Part shown: positions 1-11,300 of the stretch, in pieces
Position numbering within the stretch: position 1 is the first letter of the stretch
Layout: the number at the start of each line of letters is the position of its first letter
Assembly (NCBI GenBank): GCA_964247055.1
Contig: OZ176057.1
Span: 3,348,001-3,412,000 of the forward strand
DNA from: Paragordius varius
Taxonomy: Eukaryota; Animalia; Nematomorpha
DNA length: 64,000 nucleotides
Reading direction: 5' to 3'
Made by a program: the position numbers and the translations under genes
Notes under the pieces: model-generated
Told to the model about the DNA's origin: nothing
Databases searched by the model: none
The model's input: the letters and a program-made list of their open reading frames with translations, nothing else

Positions 1-560
1 TCTTCCCATTCTTTTATAAAGGAACGATTTTCATCGGATAATTTACGTTTTTTACCATTAGATGTTATTCATTGAATTTATGTTTAAATATTATGTAAAT
101 TTTTTCAAAAAAATAGGAATATAATCTGAATTATGCTATAAAAAAACAGGCGAAATTTAATGATCTTGATTTGAAAAATATTTATGGGCAGTTATTAAAA
201 ATGATGCAGGATAGCAATGAAAAGAATATGTATATGGAAGTTTGGGTGAAAGGCTTGCTTAAATACAAAAAAAAATGGAATAAAAATTTCAAAATAGAAA
301 AGAAAATAGAATACAGAGAAACAACGTATGCCAAAATTTTAAAATCATTTTTATGTAGAGAAATTTTTCTACATTTCAAATTGGGTAAAAAATAAAACAA
401 AATTAATTTTAAAGAAAATAGATTAATATTAAAATAAGCGAAAATTTGTTTATGTGTACATCAATAAAAAAATAATTTAAGTATCAATATGGTCATAGGG
501 CAATTTTAAAGCACTCTTAGGGCCGCATGCGGCCCGCGGGCCGCGGTTTGAGTATCACTG
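1..560 (-). mobile_element. 5' end of a hAT DNA transposon (Charlie/SPIN/Buster type, GTF2IRD2/ZBED5-like transposase), truncated by the window edge
   Basis: Minus strand starts CAGTGATACTCAAACCGCGGCCCGCGGGCCGCATGCGGCCC at 560; flank ATCTACAC (561-568) fits the NTCTAGAN-like target. Positions ~60-1 translate on minus as NGKKRKLSDENRSFIKEWE. The segment aligns with 51930-52380 upstream of the hAT transposase remnant. Confidence 0.85.
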
Positions 561-739
561 ATCTACACATAACCTTAAGGCATCATTCGCTTTTGTTATA
601 AAAATAGGGGTGACCCAAGTTGGTTTCTCAGTCGTAGTAATGATTTGATTATGTTCGCTTCTAAAAGTCTCTTAATTTCAGAGTCGACTTTTCTAATAAT
701 ATGCGGCGACACTTAAATATTTTTGATTTTGTATTGTTT

Positions 740-1195
740 TTAAAAATAAAGTTTGATAGGGGAATGAACACCCTTTTCACGGAAAAGTGAAATAATTTTA
801 TTAAGTGAATTTTCCTCAAATATATTATTAATAAAGTATTTACGACAATTTATCAACTGTTTAACGGCATTGAATTCTAGCTGATCAACCAAGAATTGAA
901 GCCTCCTAGCCGTTACAACCATACACGCCAAACATTTTTGTACACTGACCATGCACCTACCCTTGGAATTGATTTTTTGTCCACCATAGCTATACAGATC
1001 TGGACCTGTTTGTTGCAACTCGAGCTCCCCAATTTTTTCCCACGCTTGACAATCAATTATAGATACACTTGAACCTGTGTCTATAATCATGCGTATTGGC
1101 TTACAACTAATTACTATTGGTATTTTAGGGGTGTCTCTACATTCGATATGTTGAACGTTGCTTATCATACATTCGATACACTGGTTGCTAATCAT
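740..1195 (-). pseudogene. Retroviral-type aspartic protease remnant of the Gypsy element
   Basis: MIIDTGSSVSII catalytic motif followed by LYSYGGQKINSKGRC; paralog in ORF 27951-28184. Confidence 0.88.
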
Positions 1196-1395
1196 TTTCC
1201 TATTACAGTACAGTTGGAAGTGATTTCAGCCTTAACACTTATCGTTGTTTGCCCCAAGCTGGGCATCTGCCGGGTGGATGACCTAAACCGCAGAATCGAC
1301 AATTGTTTTGGTATTTTCGAGCTGTAGTCTGCAATATGTGGCCATCTATTGTTGCTAATTGATGTGCCTTTTTACAATTGAGCAATGTCTACAGC

Positions 1396-1641
1396 TTATT
1401 TTAGGGTTTTGGTTATGTTTTCCCACATAATTTCGGCGAATCTAGTAAACAGATCTAATTTAATTTTCGACTCCCAGGCCTGCAATGAAAGCGTGGCGCA
1501 TTTTTCATCGACGTCAAGCTTGAAGTTCCATTTTGTGGCTATGGTTTTGACTCGTAAAAGAAATTTCGTAAATGTTTCATTCTCTTTACGACGAAGTTTT
1601 ACGAAATTAAATCTGGGCTGGAATTTAATTGTCCTATTCAA
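1396..1641 (-). pseudogene. gag remnant of the Gypsy element
   Basis: RFNFVKLRRKENETFTKFLLRVKTIATKWNF resembles Gypsy gag and lies just upstream of the Cys-His box. Confidence 0.7.
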
Positions 1642-1885
1642 TTAGTAAATTTTTCTTTCGGTTTCAATGATGTTGAGCCAGGAAATATTACCGAGCAAAT
1701 TCGGGAAAAGGAATTGTTCGATTTTCTAGGTGACCGACATTCGTAAGCTAGAAATAATGTCCTGCAATTGTTGTCGCTTGTGGTGAGTTTTTTGCAACTA
1801 GCATTCGCTGAATGTTAAAACGTATCGGTTCGTTTTATTAAAAGTTCCCTAGGAATTTTTGCCAGGTTCATCACCCCAAGGGAGG

Positions 1886-2015
1886 GTTATATCACAAAAA
1901 ATATACTAACTATTTTGATTGAAGATACAATTAACATTAACTAAGTGTGTCATAAAGTGTTATTGTTTGCAATTATATAGGTGATTGTGTCCACGAAAGT
2001 AGGATCTAACTATTA
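1886..2015 (-). repeat. Diverged 5' LTR of Gypsy copy 1 (~130 bp)
   Basis: Aligns with the 134-bp 3' LTR at 25011-25144 (shared ttgaagat..aattaacattaact..gtgt..tcataaagtgtta..tgtgtccacgaaa..ggat). Confidence 0.7.
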
Positions 2016-2414
2016 AAGCATGGAAATTACTATTTTTATATTGAATGACAACCGATAACTCCAAAAATTCGGATTAAATGCATTAAGACTCCCTTAGTAT
2101 TATGTTATATATTCAAAGTTGGTTATGTTTAATATATATATATATATATATATATATTGTGAAGTACCACGTTTGATTATATTAAACATGTAAGTTTTTG
2201 TAAAATATTATAATTCTATACATTTTTATAAACTATTTAACATCTATTTAAAAAGGTACTAGCGTAAACACGAGGAAGTCTTTCGAATTCTGGGGGGGGA
2301 GGGCTATTTAAAATAAGGGACAATAAAATGATCCACATATGTGAATTATTACGAAACATTATTCAAATATGATTTTATGGGAATTTTAAAACGGTGCATT
2401 CATAGTAATATATT

Positions 2415-5400
2415 GTATACTTGGAAGAAAAAAAGATTTAAAAAAATTATTTTGTGGACTACTTTTTTGAAATAGGTGGTATTTTACGGGGGTAGCGGGT
2501 AAAAAGAGGGCCTAAGTTAAAAAAGCGAGTCGACTATGTTTGGCGCGATCAAAAATAAGTAAACATAAATCACATTTGAAATTGAATGGTCCAACACGTT
2601 CTCCGGAAAATAATTTCAACCTGTTTTTTACACAGGCTAGGCCCAAACTGGGGGCCTATTTCCAAAAAAGGGCGAAGCTTTTGTAGGGACAGTTATTAAT
2701 GATTACATTTTTTCCATATTTGGATTTTGTTGGGTTCACCGGTTTTCCGGAAACAGATCACAAAGTTACATGAAGAATCAGTTTTTAACGGGTAGCTCCT
2801 CAGCAGCTATCATCAAAATAAAAGCTTTGCTAATTTTTTTGCCTTTTAACAGGGAATACGTGAAATTTATATAGAATTTTTACGGACTCATACTTAGGGA
2901 AAAAAATCGATTAAAAAAATATTTTTGTGGATGATCTTTTTTGAAAAAAGTGGTATTTTAGAGGGCCTAAGTTAAAAAAGCGAGTCGACTATGTTTGGCG
3001 CGATCAAAAGTAAACATAAATCATATTTGAAATTGAATGGTCCAACACGTTCTCCGGAAAATAATTTCAACCTGTTTTTCACACAGGCTAGGCCCAAACT
3101 GGGGGCTTATTTTCAAAAAAGGGCGAAGCTATTGTCGGGACATTTATTAATGATTATATTTTTCAATGTTTGTATTTGAATTAATTCACCGGTTTTCCGG
3201 AAACAGATCACAAAGTTAAATGAGAAATCAGGTTTTAGCGGGTAGCTCCTTACCCAGCAGCTATCATCAAAGAAACGGGGGACTAAAATTTTTGCCTTTA
3301 AACAGGGAATACGTGGAATCCATATTGAATTTTTACGGTCTCATACCTTGGGCAAAAAATTGATTAAAAAAATATTTTTGTGGATTATTTTTTTGAAAAA
3401 GGTGGCATTTTACGGGGGTACCGGGTAAAAAGAGGGCCTAAGTTAAAAAAGCGAGACGACTATGTCCGGCGCGATCAAAAATAAGTAAACAAAAATCATA
3501 TTCGAAATTGAATGGTCCAACACGTTATCCGGAAAATAGTCTCAACCTGTTTTGTACACGGGTTAGGCCCAAACTGGTGGCTTAATTCCAAAAAAGGGCG
3601 AAGCTATTGTCGGGACATTTAATAATGATTACTTTTTTTCGATATTTGGATTTGATTGGGTTTACCGGTTTTCCGGAAACAGATCACAAAGTTACATGAT
3701 GAATCAGTTTTTAGCGGGTAGCTCCTTACCAAGAAGCTATCATCAAAGAAACGGTGGACTAAATTTTTTGCCTTTAAACAGTGAATACGTGGAATCCATT
3801 TTGAATTTTTACGGTCTCTTACCTTGGGCAAAAAATCGATTGAAAAAATATTTTTGTGGACTATTTTTCCGAAAAAGGTGGCATTTTACGGGGTAGCGGG
3901 TAAAAAGAGGGCTTAAGTTAAAAAAGCTAGACGACTAGGTTCGGCGCCATTAAAAATAAGTAAACAAATATCATATTTGAAATGGAATGGTCCAACACGT
4001 TCTCCGGAAAATAGCCTCAACCTGTTTTGTACACAGGTTAGGCCCGAACTGGTAGCCTAATTCTAAAAAAGGGCGAAGCTATTGACATTTATAAATGATT
4101 ATATTTTTTCGATGTTTGGATATGAATGGGTTCACCGTTTTTCCTGTACCAGATCACAACATTCCATTTTTATTTATATATATTACCAAAAATAATGTTT
4201 TATTATACATATATTTTTTAACATCCTTTACACATGATAGAAACTTTTTATTCAGCAGCTATCATCAAAGAAACGGTAAACTAAAATTTTTGCCTCTTAA
4301 CAGGGAATACGTGGAATCCATATTGAATTTTTACGGTCTCATACATTGGGCGAAAAATAGATTATAAGAAATATTTTGGTGGACTGTTTTTTAAAAAGCT
4401 GGCATTTTACGGGTAGCGGGTAAAAAGAGGGCCTAAGTGAAAAATGCGAGACGACTATATTCGGCGCGATCAAAAATAAATAAACGAAAATCATATTTAA
4501 AATTGAATGGTCCAAAACGTTATTCGGAAAATTGTATCCACCTGTTTTTTACACGGGGTAGGCCCAAACTGGGGGCCTAATTTCAAAAATGGGCAAAGCT
4601 TTTGTTGGGACATTTATTAATGCTTACATTTTTTCCATATTTGGATTTTTTTGGGTTCACCGGTTTTTTGGAAACAGATCACAAAGTTACATGAAGAATC
4701 AGTTTTTAGCGGGTAGCTTCTTACCCACCAGATATAATCAAAGAAACTCTTTACTAAAAATTTTGCCTTTTAACAGGGAATACGTGCAATTTATATTAAA
4801 TTTTTGGAATCATACCCTGGGCGAAAAATAGAATCATAAAAATATTTTTGTGGACCTTATTTTTAAAAAGGTGGCATTTTACGGGGAGAGCGGGTAAAAA
4901 GTGGGCCTAAATCAAAAAAGCAAGATGACTATATTCGATATTTGAAATTGAATGATCCAACACGTTCTCCATAAAATTGTCTCAAAGACACAATTTTTGT
5001 GGACTTCTGTTTTCAAAAAAACCCGTTTTTCACACGGGGTGGGCCCGAACTGGGGGCCTATTTCAAAAAACGGCGAAGCTATTGTCGGGGCATTCATTAA
5101 TGATTATTTTTCGATGTTTGGATTTGAAGGGGTCTACCGGTTTTCCTGTACCAGATCACAAAGCCAGCAATTTCAATTTTTATAAATTTATAGATTACCA
5201 TAAATAATGTTTTATTATACATATATTTTTTAACATCCTATACATATGATAGATACTCCCTCAGCAGCTCTCATCAAAGAAACGCTTGACTAAAAGTTTT
5301 GCTTTTTAACAGGGAATACGTGGATTTTATATCGAATTTTTACGGACTCATACCCTGGGCGAAAAATAGAATCATAAAAATATTGTGGACTTTGTTTTTT

Positions 5401-5800
5401 AAAAAAGTTGGTATTTTACGGGGGGAGCGGGTAAAAAGAAGGCCTAAATCAAAAAAGTGAGTCGACTATGTTCGGCGCGATCAAATATAAGTAAACAAAA
5501 ATCATATTTGAAATTGAATGATCCAACCTGTTATCCATAAAATTGTCTCAAAGACACAATTTTTGCGGACTTCTGTTTTCAAAAAAACCCGTTTTTTACA
5601 CGGGGTGGGCCCGAACTGGGGGCCTAATTCCAAAAAAGGGCGAAGCTATTGACATTTATTAATGATTATATTTTTTCGATGTTTGGATTTGAATGGGTTC
5701 ACCGGTTTTCCGGTACCAGATCACAAAGCCAGCATTTTCCATTTTTATAAATATATAGATTATCGATTTTACGTTTTTATATCCGTACCTGGCTATGAAA
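2415..5800 (+). repeat. Tandem satellite, ~7 units of ~455-540 bp, each a trimer of ~145-175 bp sub-repeats
   Basis: Anchor gagggcctaagttaaaaaagcgag and variants at 2506, 2961, 3432, 3907, 4427, 4901, 5438. Internal self-similarity such as ttgaaattgaatggtccaacacgttctccggaaaata vs ttggatttgaatgggttcaccggttttccggaaaca. Confidence 0.95.
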
Positions 5801-7809
5801 CGGCCAAAAATCCCTTAGGATATAAAAACATTTATATATTGATGCTGAATTATAGCCTTAGATCTCTAATTTTAAATTGTGTTATCAAATAATTTTAAAA
5901 AAACTTATTAACTTACATTGGTCAACATATAAGTCTTTGCTATGTTAAGTTGGATCATAAAAATAGTGTAAGATAATGAATGCATTTATTAGAAAAATAG
6001 ATTTAAACATATAGAAGGTATTTACAATAACAAACCACATAAATATAAATTAAGGATAATCAATGACGGGATTCGCATGATATATACAAAGATATACGTG
6101 TAAACTAATAGACAGATTATTTGCATCATAATACAAAATTATAATTATATTATCATTTATACAATTTAATATAAATCTAACAAATTTGAATTGGTATTTA
6201 ATGAAATATCTGAGGTAGAAATGGGAGATGTTTTCATAATATCATGCCGTCGTCCATATGTTTTAAACGCCGTAAATCATCCCTTTTCGGAAACTTTCTA
6301 ATGTTGAAGCAAAAATTTTAAATTTTATTTTGCAACCTCGGCATTTTTGTCTTTAGTTTTAAAAAAATTGCCCATTTTGGACGTGTTATAAATATCAGGG
6401 TTTACTATTATTTTATTAAAATAATGTTTTGCTTTTTATATATAATTTTTGCTTTATTTTAGTAAAATTTATTGAAATAAAGCACTTTCTCCAAAAAATA
6501 CTATTTAGCATATTGTTCCCAAATCCTACCATTTTCTGATATGGAGGAATTATATCCCTTGTAACATTGATCTATCAAATTATATATTTCATTAGGGTAT
6601 TTTTACACAAAAAAAATTTAAAATTATTTGGCCTACACGCGTTCCGAAAAATCATTCCAAAATAACATACAATATATAATTGTTTGAGAATGACCTGCCT
6701 GTATTTAAAATTAACCCCTCAATTAAACCCTCCTGTTCCAAAAGGTATACTTAAATATTTTTTTACATATGCGAGGAATAGAATTGCTTTTTTATAACCT
6801 AGAGCTAACTAATATCCCCATAATATTCCGATTCCGGCCTTTCTTAATTCGCTGAGTACGGCTTCACCCTCTGTAAAATGCATTTTACAATATAAATACA
6901 ACTTTGGTTAAGGTAAATTTTCGTCTAGGCATGAAATGTATATTAATATTGAGAGCATTATTCCGTTCAAAGCCTTAGTTCTCCGCTTGAAATAACTGAT
7001 AGATAGTGTTTTATTCTCAGCGAAATTCACCATATTATAAATGACGTGTTTAAAATTTTTGTCGAAATTATGAAAACTACCCTACCAAATTATTATAACG
7101 TAATGCAAACTTCTCGAACAACTAATCATATTTTATGAGTTTAATTATGATATTAGTAATTTACTCATAAATGCAAAAATATTAATCAATATATTAATTG
7201 ACCCTTGAATAGGGTCGCATCCTCTCTTAAATAAGCCATTGTATGAAATAACGTAAGCCAATTTATAGACAACCATATGGATTCAATCATTATCATTGAT
7301 AGGTATTGTATAAAATGCATAGTTAGACTAGTGCTAGTACCTTAGTAGGGCTTTATGCTTTGAAATATGCCATCCTTTTAAAATTTCTAATACCAATTTG
7401 AAAATCCTAATAAACTTAAATTGAAATATAATTTTGATTTTTCTTATTTAAGTCAAATCAACAACTTAAAACTTGAAGACCCTTTCTGTAAAACACGCCG
7501 CTACGAAAATATAACTTGGCAACTTATATTCAGATATGGTTACATATGGAAACATTAGAAACTAATAATTTTTGACATAAGGAAAAAAATATATCAATCA
7601 AAGCGCTATTTTGGAATTAGCCTTTGGGCAGAGCCCTACCCAATGTAAAATAAGCCATGACATAAAATAACCTGGCATTAAATTAAATCAATAATTAAAT
7701 GTTGATTTTTTTTATTTTTAGATGAGCCAATATTTTACATCTACCCCTTGTTTAATAATAATTATTCCATTTTTAATAAATTATCGATTAGTTATATATA
7801 TATATATTA

Positions 7810-8251
7810 GGTTTCTATATAATATTATATATAGAAATAGAATCGGGACACAGCAGAGTAAATAATGAATTAAAAATATTTGTCCAAGCATATATTATAC
7901 AAAGAAATTTGATTTCCAAAAAAATTATAAATTTAAGAGTGTTTTATTGTTTATAAATACGGGTTAATAGAATATGAATAGTTCATCTACTGCTGGTATA
8001 TAAAATATTGTATATATATATATATATATATAAATTATCTAAAAATCACTGTTATTTTATTTACCCAGCAGTAAATGACTATTCATATTCTATTAATCCC
8101 GTTATTATAAAACAATATACTCTTAAAATTATATTTTTTTTTGGAAATCAAATTTCTTTGTATAATATATGCTTGGGACAAAATTTTTAATCCATTATAT
8201 ACACTGCTGTGTCCCAATTCGATAGGTATATAAGAGTTTATATAAAAGATC
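7810..8251. mobile_element. Palindromic MITE, PIF/Harbinger (Tourist)-like
   Basis: Long inverted arms (gggacacagcag...ctgctgtgtccc), GG termini, TTA/TAA flanks; orthologous copy at 38711-39131. Confidence 0.7.
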
Positions 8252-8309
8252 TAATTGCTTTTCAAAATTATAAAAAATTTTTTTACTAAATTTTGACCGT
8301 TTATCAAAA

Positions 8310-8388
8310 ATGAAGATATTTTTTGCCATCTTATTTGTAACAATGTGTATTTTGTTTCAATTTAAACATGCGTTCGCTGGAGACGGTG
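8310..8388 (+). CDS. Signal-peptide exon (exon 1) of secreted micro-exon gene, copy A: MKIFFAILFVTMCILFQFKHAFA-GDG
   Basis: ATG, basic n-region, hydrophobic core, A-F-A cleavage motif; G|GTAATT donor; 74-nt intron ending ttttgcag; 77/79 nt identical to 39191-39269. Confidence 0.85.
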
Positions 8389-11300
8389 GTAATTGATTTT
8401 TAATATAATTTATAAATTCATATTTAGCATTTCCGTATATAATGTTTAAAATTTTTTTGCAGTCTCAAAGCGCTCAGCATGTAACTTTATTTATAATATT
8501 TTTCAAGGCTTCGATCCTAACTGGCTCTAGAGATTTGGGAAGCACAGTTTCAAGGCTTATGAATCTATTTTAGTTGTTTCATAACATTTATTTTCAAATC
8601 GGTTTTCTATAAAATAAAAATAAAATCTTCAAAGGTAGGAGAATCGGTTTCAATTGCAACCCGCTAATTTCGGTTCCACTTTTTTTGAGCTGGTTAGATT
8701 GAAGCCCTGTTTATGATTACTTTAATACACAAATTGAATTATTTTATAAACCATTTTTCAATCAAAAGCAACATTTTTTCATCCCGCAACATTCCTTCAA
8801 GCAAAGACAAGATTTCAACCAACAGCAACAGTTTTTTAGCAAACGCAACAACAATCGAAAAACTGCGTTTTTTAAAAATTGTCTTCGCTTGAAAAATATT
8901 GCGTTTGCTAAGAATGTTGCGTTTAATTGATACAATATGGCGTTTGTTTGAAAAAATGTTGCCTATGACTTATAAATAATATCTTAATAATAATTTTTCC
9001 ATACAGATGAAGATTATTACGGGTATTCGTATTTATATATTATTACTAACCAAAAAATAATAAAATAATATGATTTAAAAACCTTTAATCATTTTGAAAA
9101 TACACCAGTATATGAAAAAACAGCTAAATGGAAATAAAAAATAGGTTCCTATTATTACAGTGTGTGCAAAAAAAATTTTTTTTGAGATAGATTATGACCA
9201 GCGTATTCATTTGCCGCAAAAATTTTTATTTGTTGACAACCTAGTTTCTGAAATATTGAGAGAAAATCGAAATCGGAAAAAAGTGAAAATTAAGGATAAT
9301 TAAGGATAATTTAAAAAATAATGATAAAATCTGAAATATTATCGTTTATTAACATTTTAGGGGATATTTTCAATATATAAATAGCCTAAAATCATATAGT
9401 TAGGGATTCTATAAAATTTCGGGTCAAAAGATGGCGTTTTTCTTTTATCACACTTAAACAAAAAAATTAATGAAACTATATTAAAATATTTTTTTTAATA
9501 TTTACTACCTAAACTCACTATTAAAATATTAGCATTCATATTTATTTAGGAAAAACTTCTATATCAAAATAAAACCAAAAATATTGATTTTTAATTTTTG
9601 CATTTTGTCATGTGGTTTATGAGTGTATAAAAAATTTATACTGTTTTATTTTGGATTCTTAAATGAGTGGGAATTATTAAGTATATAATTTATGCAAAAT
9701 AGGATTGAAAATTAGTTAAATATCAACCAACAATCCGTACAAATCCCAATACAAATATTAATTTGTCATAAAACAGACTTGTTTAAGGAAATTGTAAGGA
9801 TTGTTGGTTGATATCCACTACTTTTAGATCCTATTTTGCATAAATTATATACTTAATAATGCCTAATCATGTAAGAATTCAAAATAAAACAGTATAAATT
9901 TTTTATATACTTATAAACCAGATGACAAAAAAATGCAAAAATAAAAAAAACAATATTTTTGGTTTTATTTTGATTTAGAAATTTATTTTACTGAATATAA
10001 TATGAATGTTAAGATTATAATAGTGAGTTTAGGAAGTAAATATATAAAAAAAAATATTTTTATATAGTTTCATTAAATTTTTTTGTCTTTTAAGTGTAAT
10101 AAAAGAAAAACGCCATCTTTTGACCCGAAATTTTATAGAAAACCTAACTATATGATTTTAGGCTATATTTATATATTGAAAATATCCCCTAAAATGATAA
10201 TAAACGATAATGATTCAGATTTTATCATTATTTTTTGAATTATCCTTAATTATCCTTAATTTTCACTTATTGCCCGATTTCGATTTTCTCTCAATATTTC
10301 AAAAACTAGGTTGTCAATAAATAAAAAATGTTGCGGCAAATGAATACGCTGGTCATAAGCTATCTCATGAAAAAAAATTTTTTCATTAAATCAAAACGAC
10401 CCTCTTTTTTGCACACAGTTTTACATTACTTTGTTTATTTAAGGACAAATTTGTTTTTTAACACATGCTACTGTGTTACTAATCTTATAAAAATAATGTA
10501 AATAAGCCAGCATAAATTTGCATTCTAATAAAATGACCAATCAAATCGAAGTGTTGAGAAAATTTGCGCTTTTTACAGGGGTCCAAAAAATTTTAAAATT
10601 TTGAATTTTACATAATTAAATTGTTTTTATATAACACTGGACAACAAATTTTTCTGCCACTTGAGTTTTTTGCATTTTCTGATATTTAGTATCATTTTAA
10701 CAGTAAATCTGATATAAAAATTATAACTCGATGGAAGAATTTTGTATAATTTGATTTTTTGATTATGCGCCCTCTTTATAAAAATTTTACTAAAAAATGG
10801 TTTTCTTTAAAAATATACAAGTAATGCCCATTTGTAATATATCATTCGAAAGAGTAATAAAAACTCTATAAAATGCATACTAATATGTATTACATCGACA
10901 ATTAATATTGGACACAAAGAGCGACAAACGCGCGAAGCGAGACCATTTTTTTTAAATATTATATTTTTAAAACTAATGGATGAAAATAGCTCAAACTTTG
11001 TTTAGATGGTATGAATGTCCAAAGAAGATAACAAAGTTATTTTGATTAAAACATTTTTTATTGCTTTTATGTCCTCAAAACAGCCATTTTTAAGTTTTTT
11101 GTTTTTTAAAAATTACCATCTCATCAATATTAATTTATTTTCTTTACGAAGCTGATAATTTCGAAATTTTAAAGATAAAAATAAAATTTAAGGTATTTTT
11201 GAACTTTTATAGCCATTATGTAATAAATTTATAGTTATAACTATGCATTTTAGTATCCACTAGGTAAAATATTTAAGATAATAATTTTAATTGAAAAAGC

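Larger units (their letters stand above)
561..2015 (-). mobile_element. Degraded Ty3/Gypsy LTR retrotransposon, 5' half (LTR, gag, Zn knuckle, protease, start of RT)
   Basis: gag-like ORF 1396-1641, CRFCGLGHPPGRCPAWGK knuckle near 1300-1250, protease DTGSSVSII in ORF 740-1195, RT start ...KANDALRLCVD cut at 561 by the hAT. Colinear with the copy at 27545-28365. Confidence 0.92.

Noticed and set aside
2415-5800. Regular repeats as a CRISPR array or repeat-protein gene
   Set aside because: Units are ~470 bp with no unique spacers and no cas genes; the short ORFs (2991-5892) are frame-inconsistent between units.
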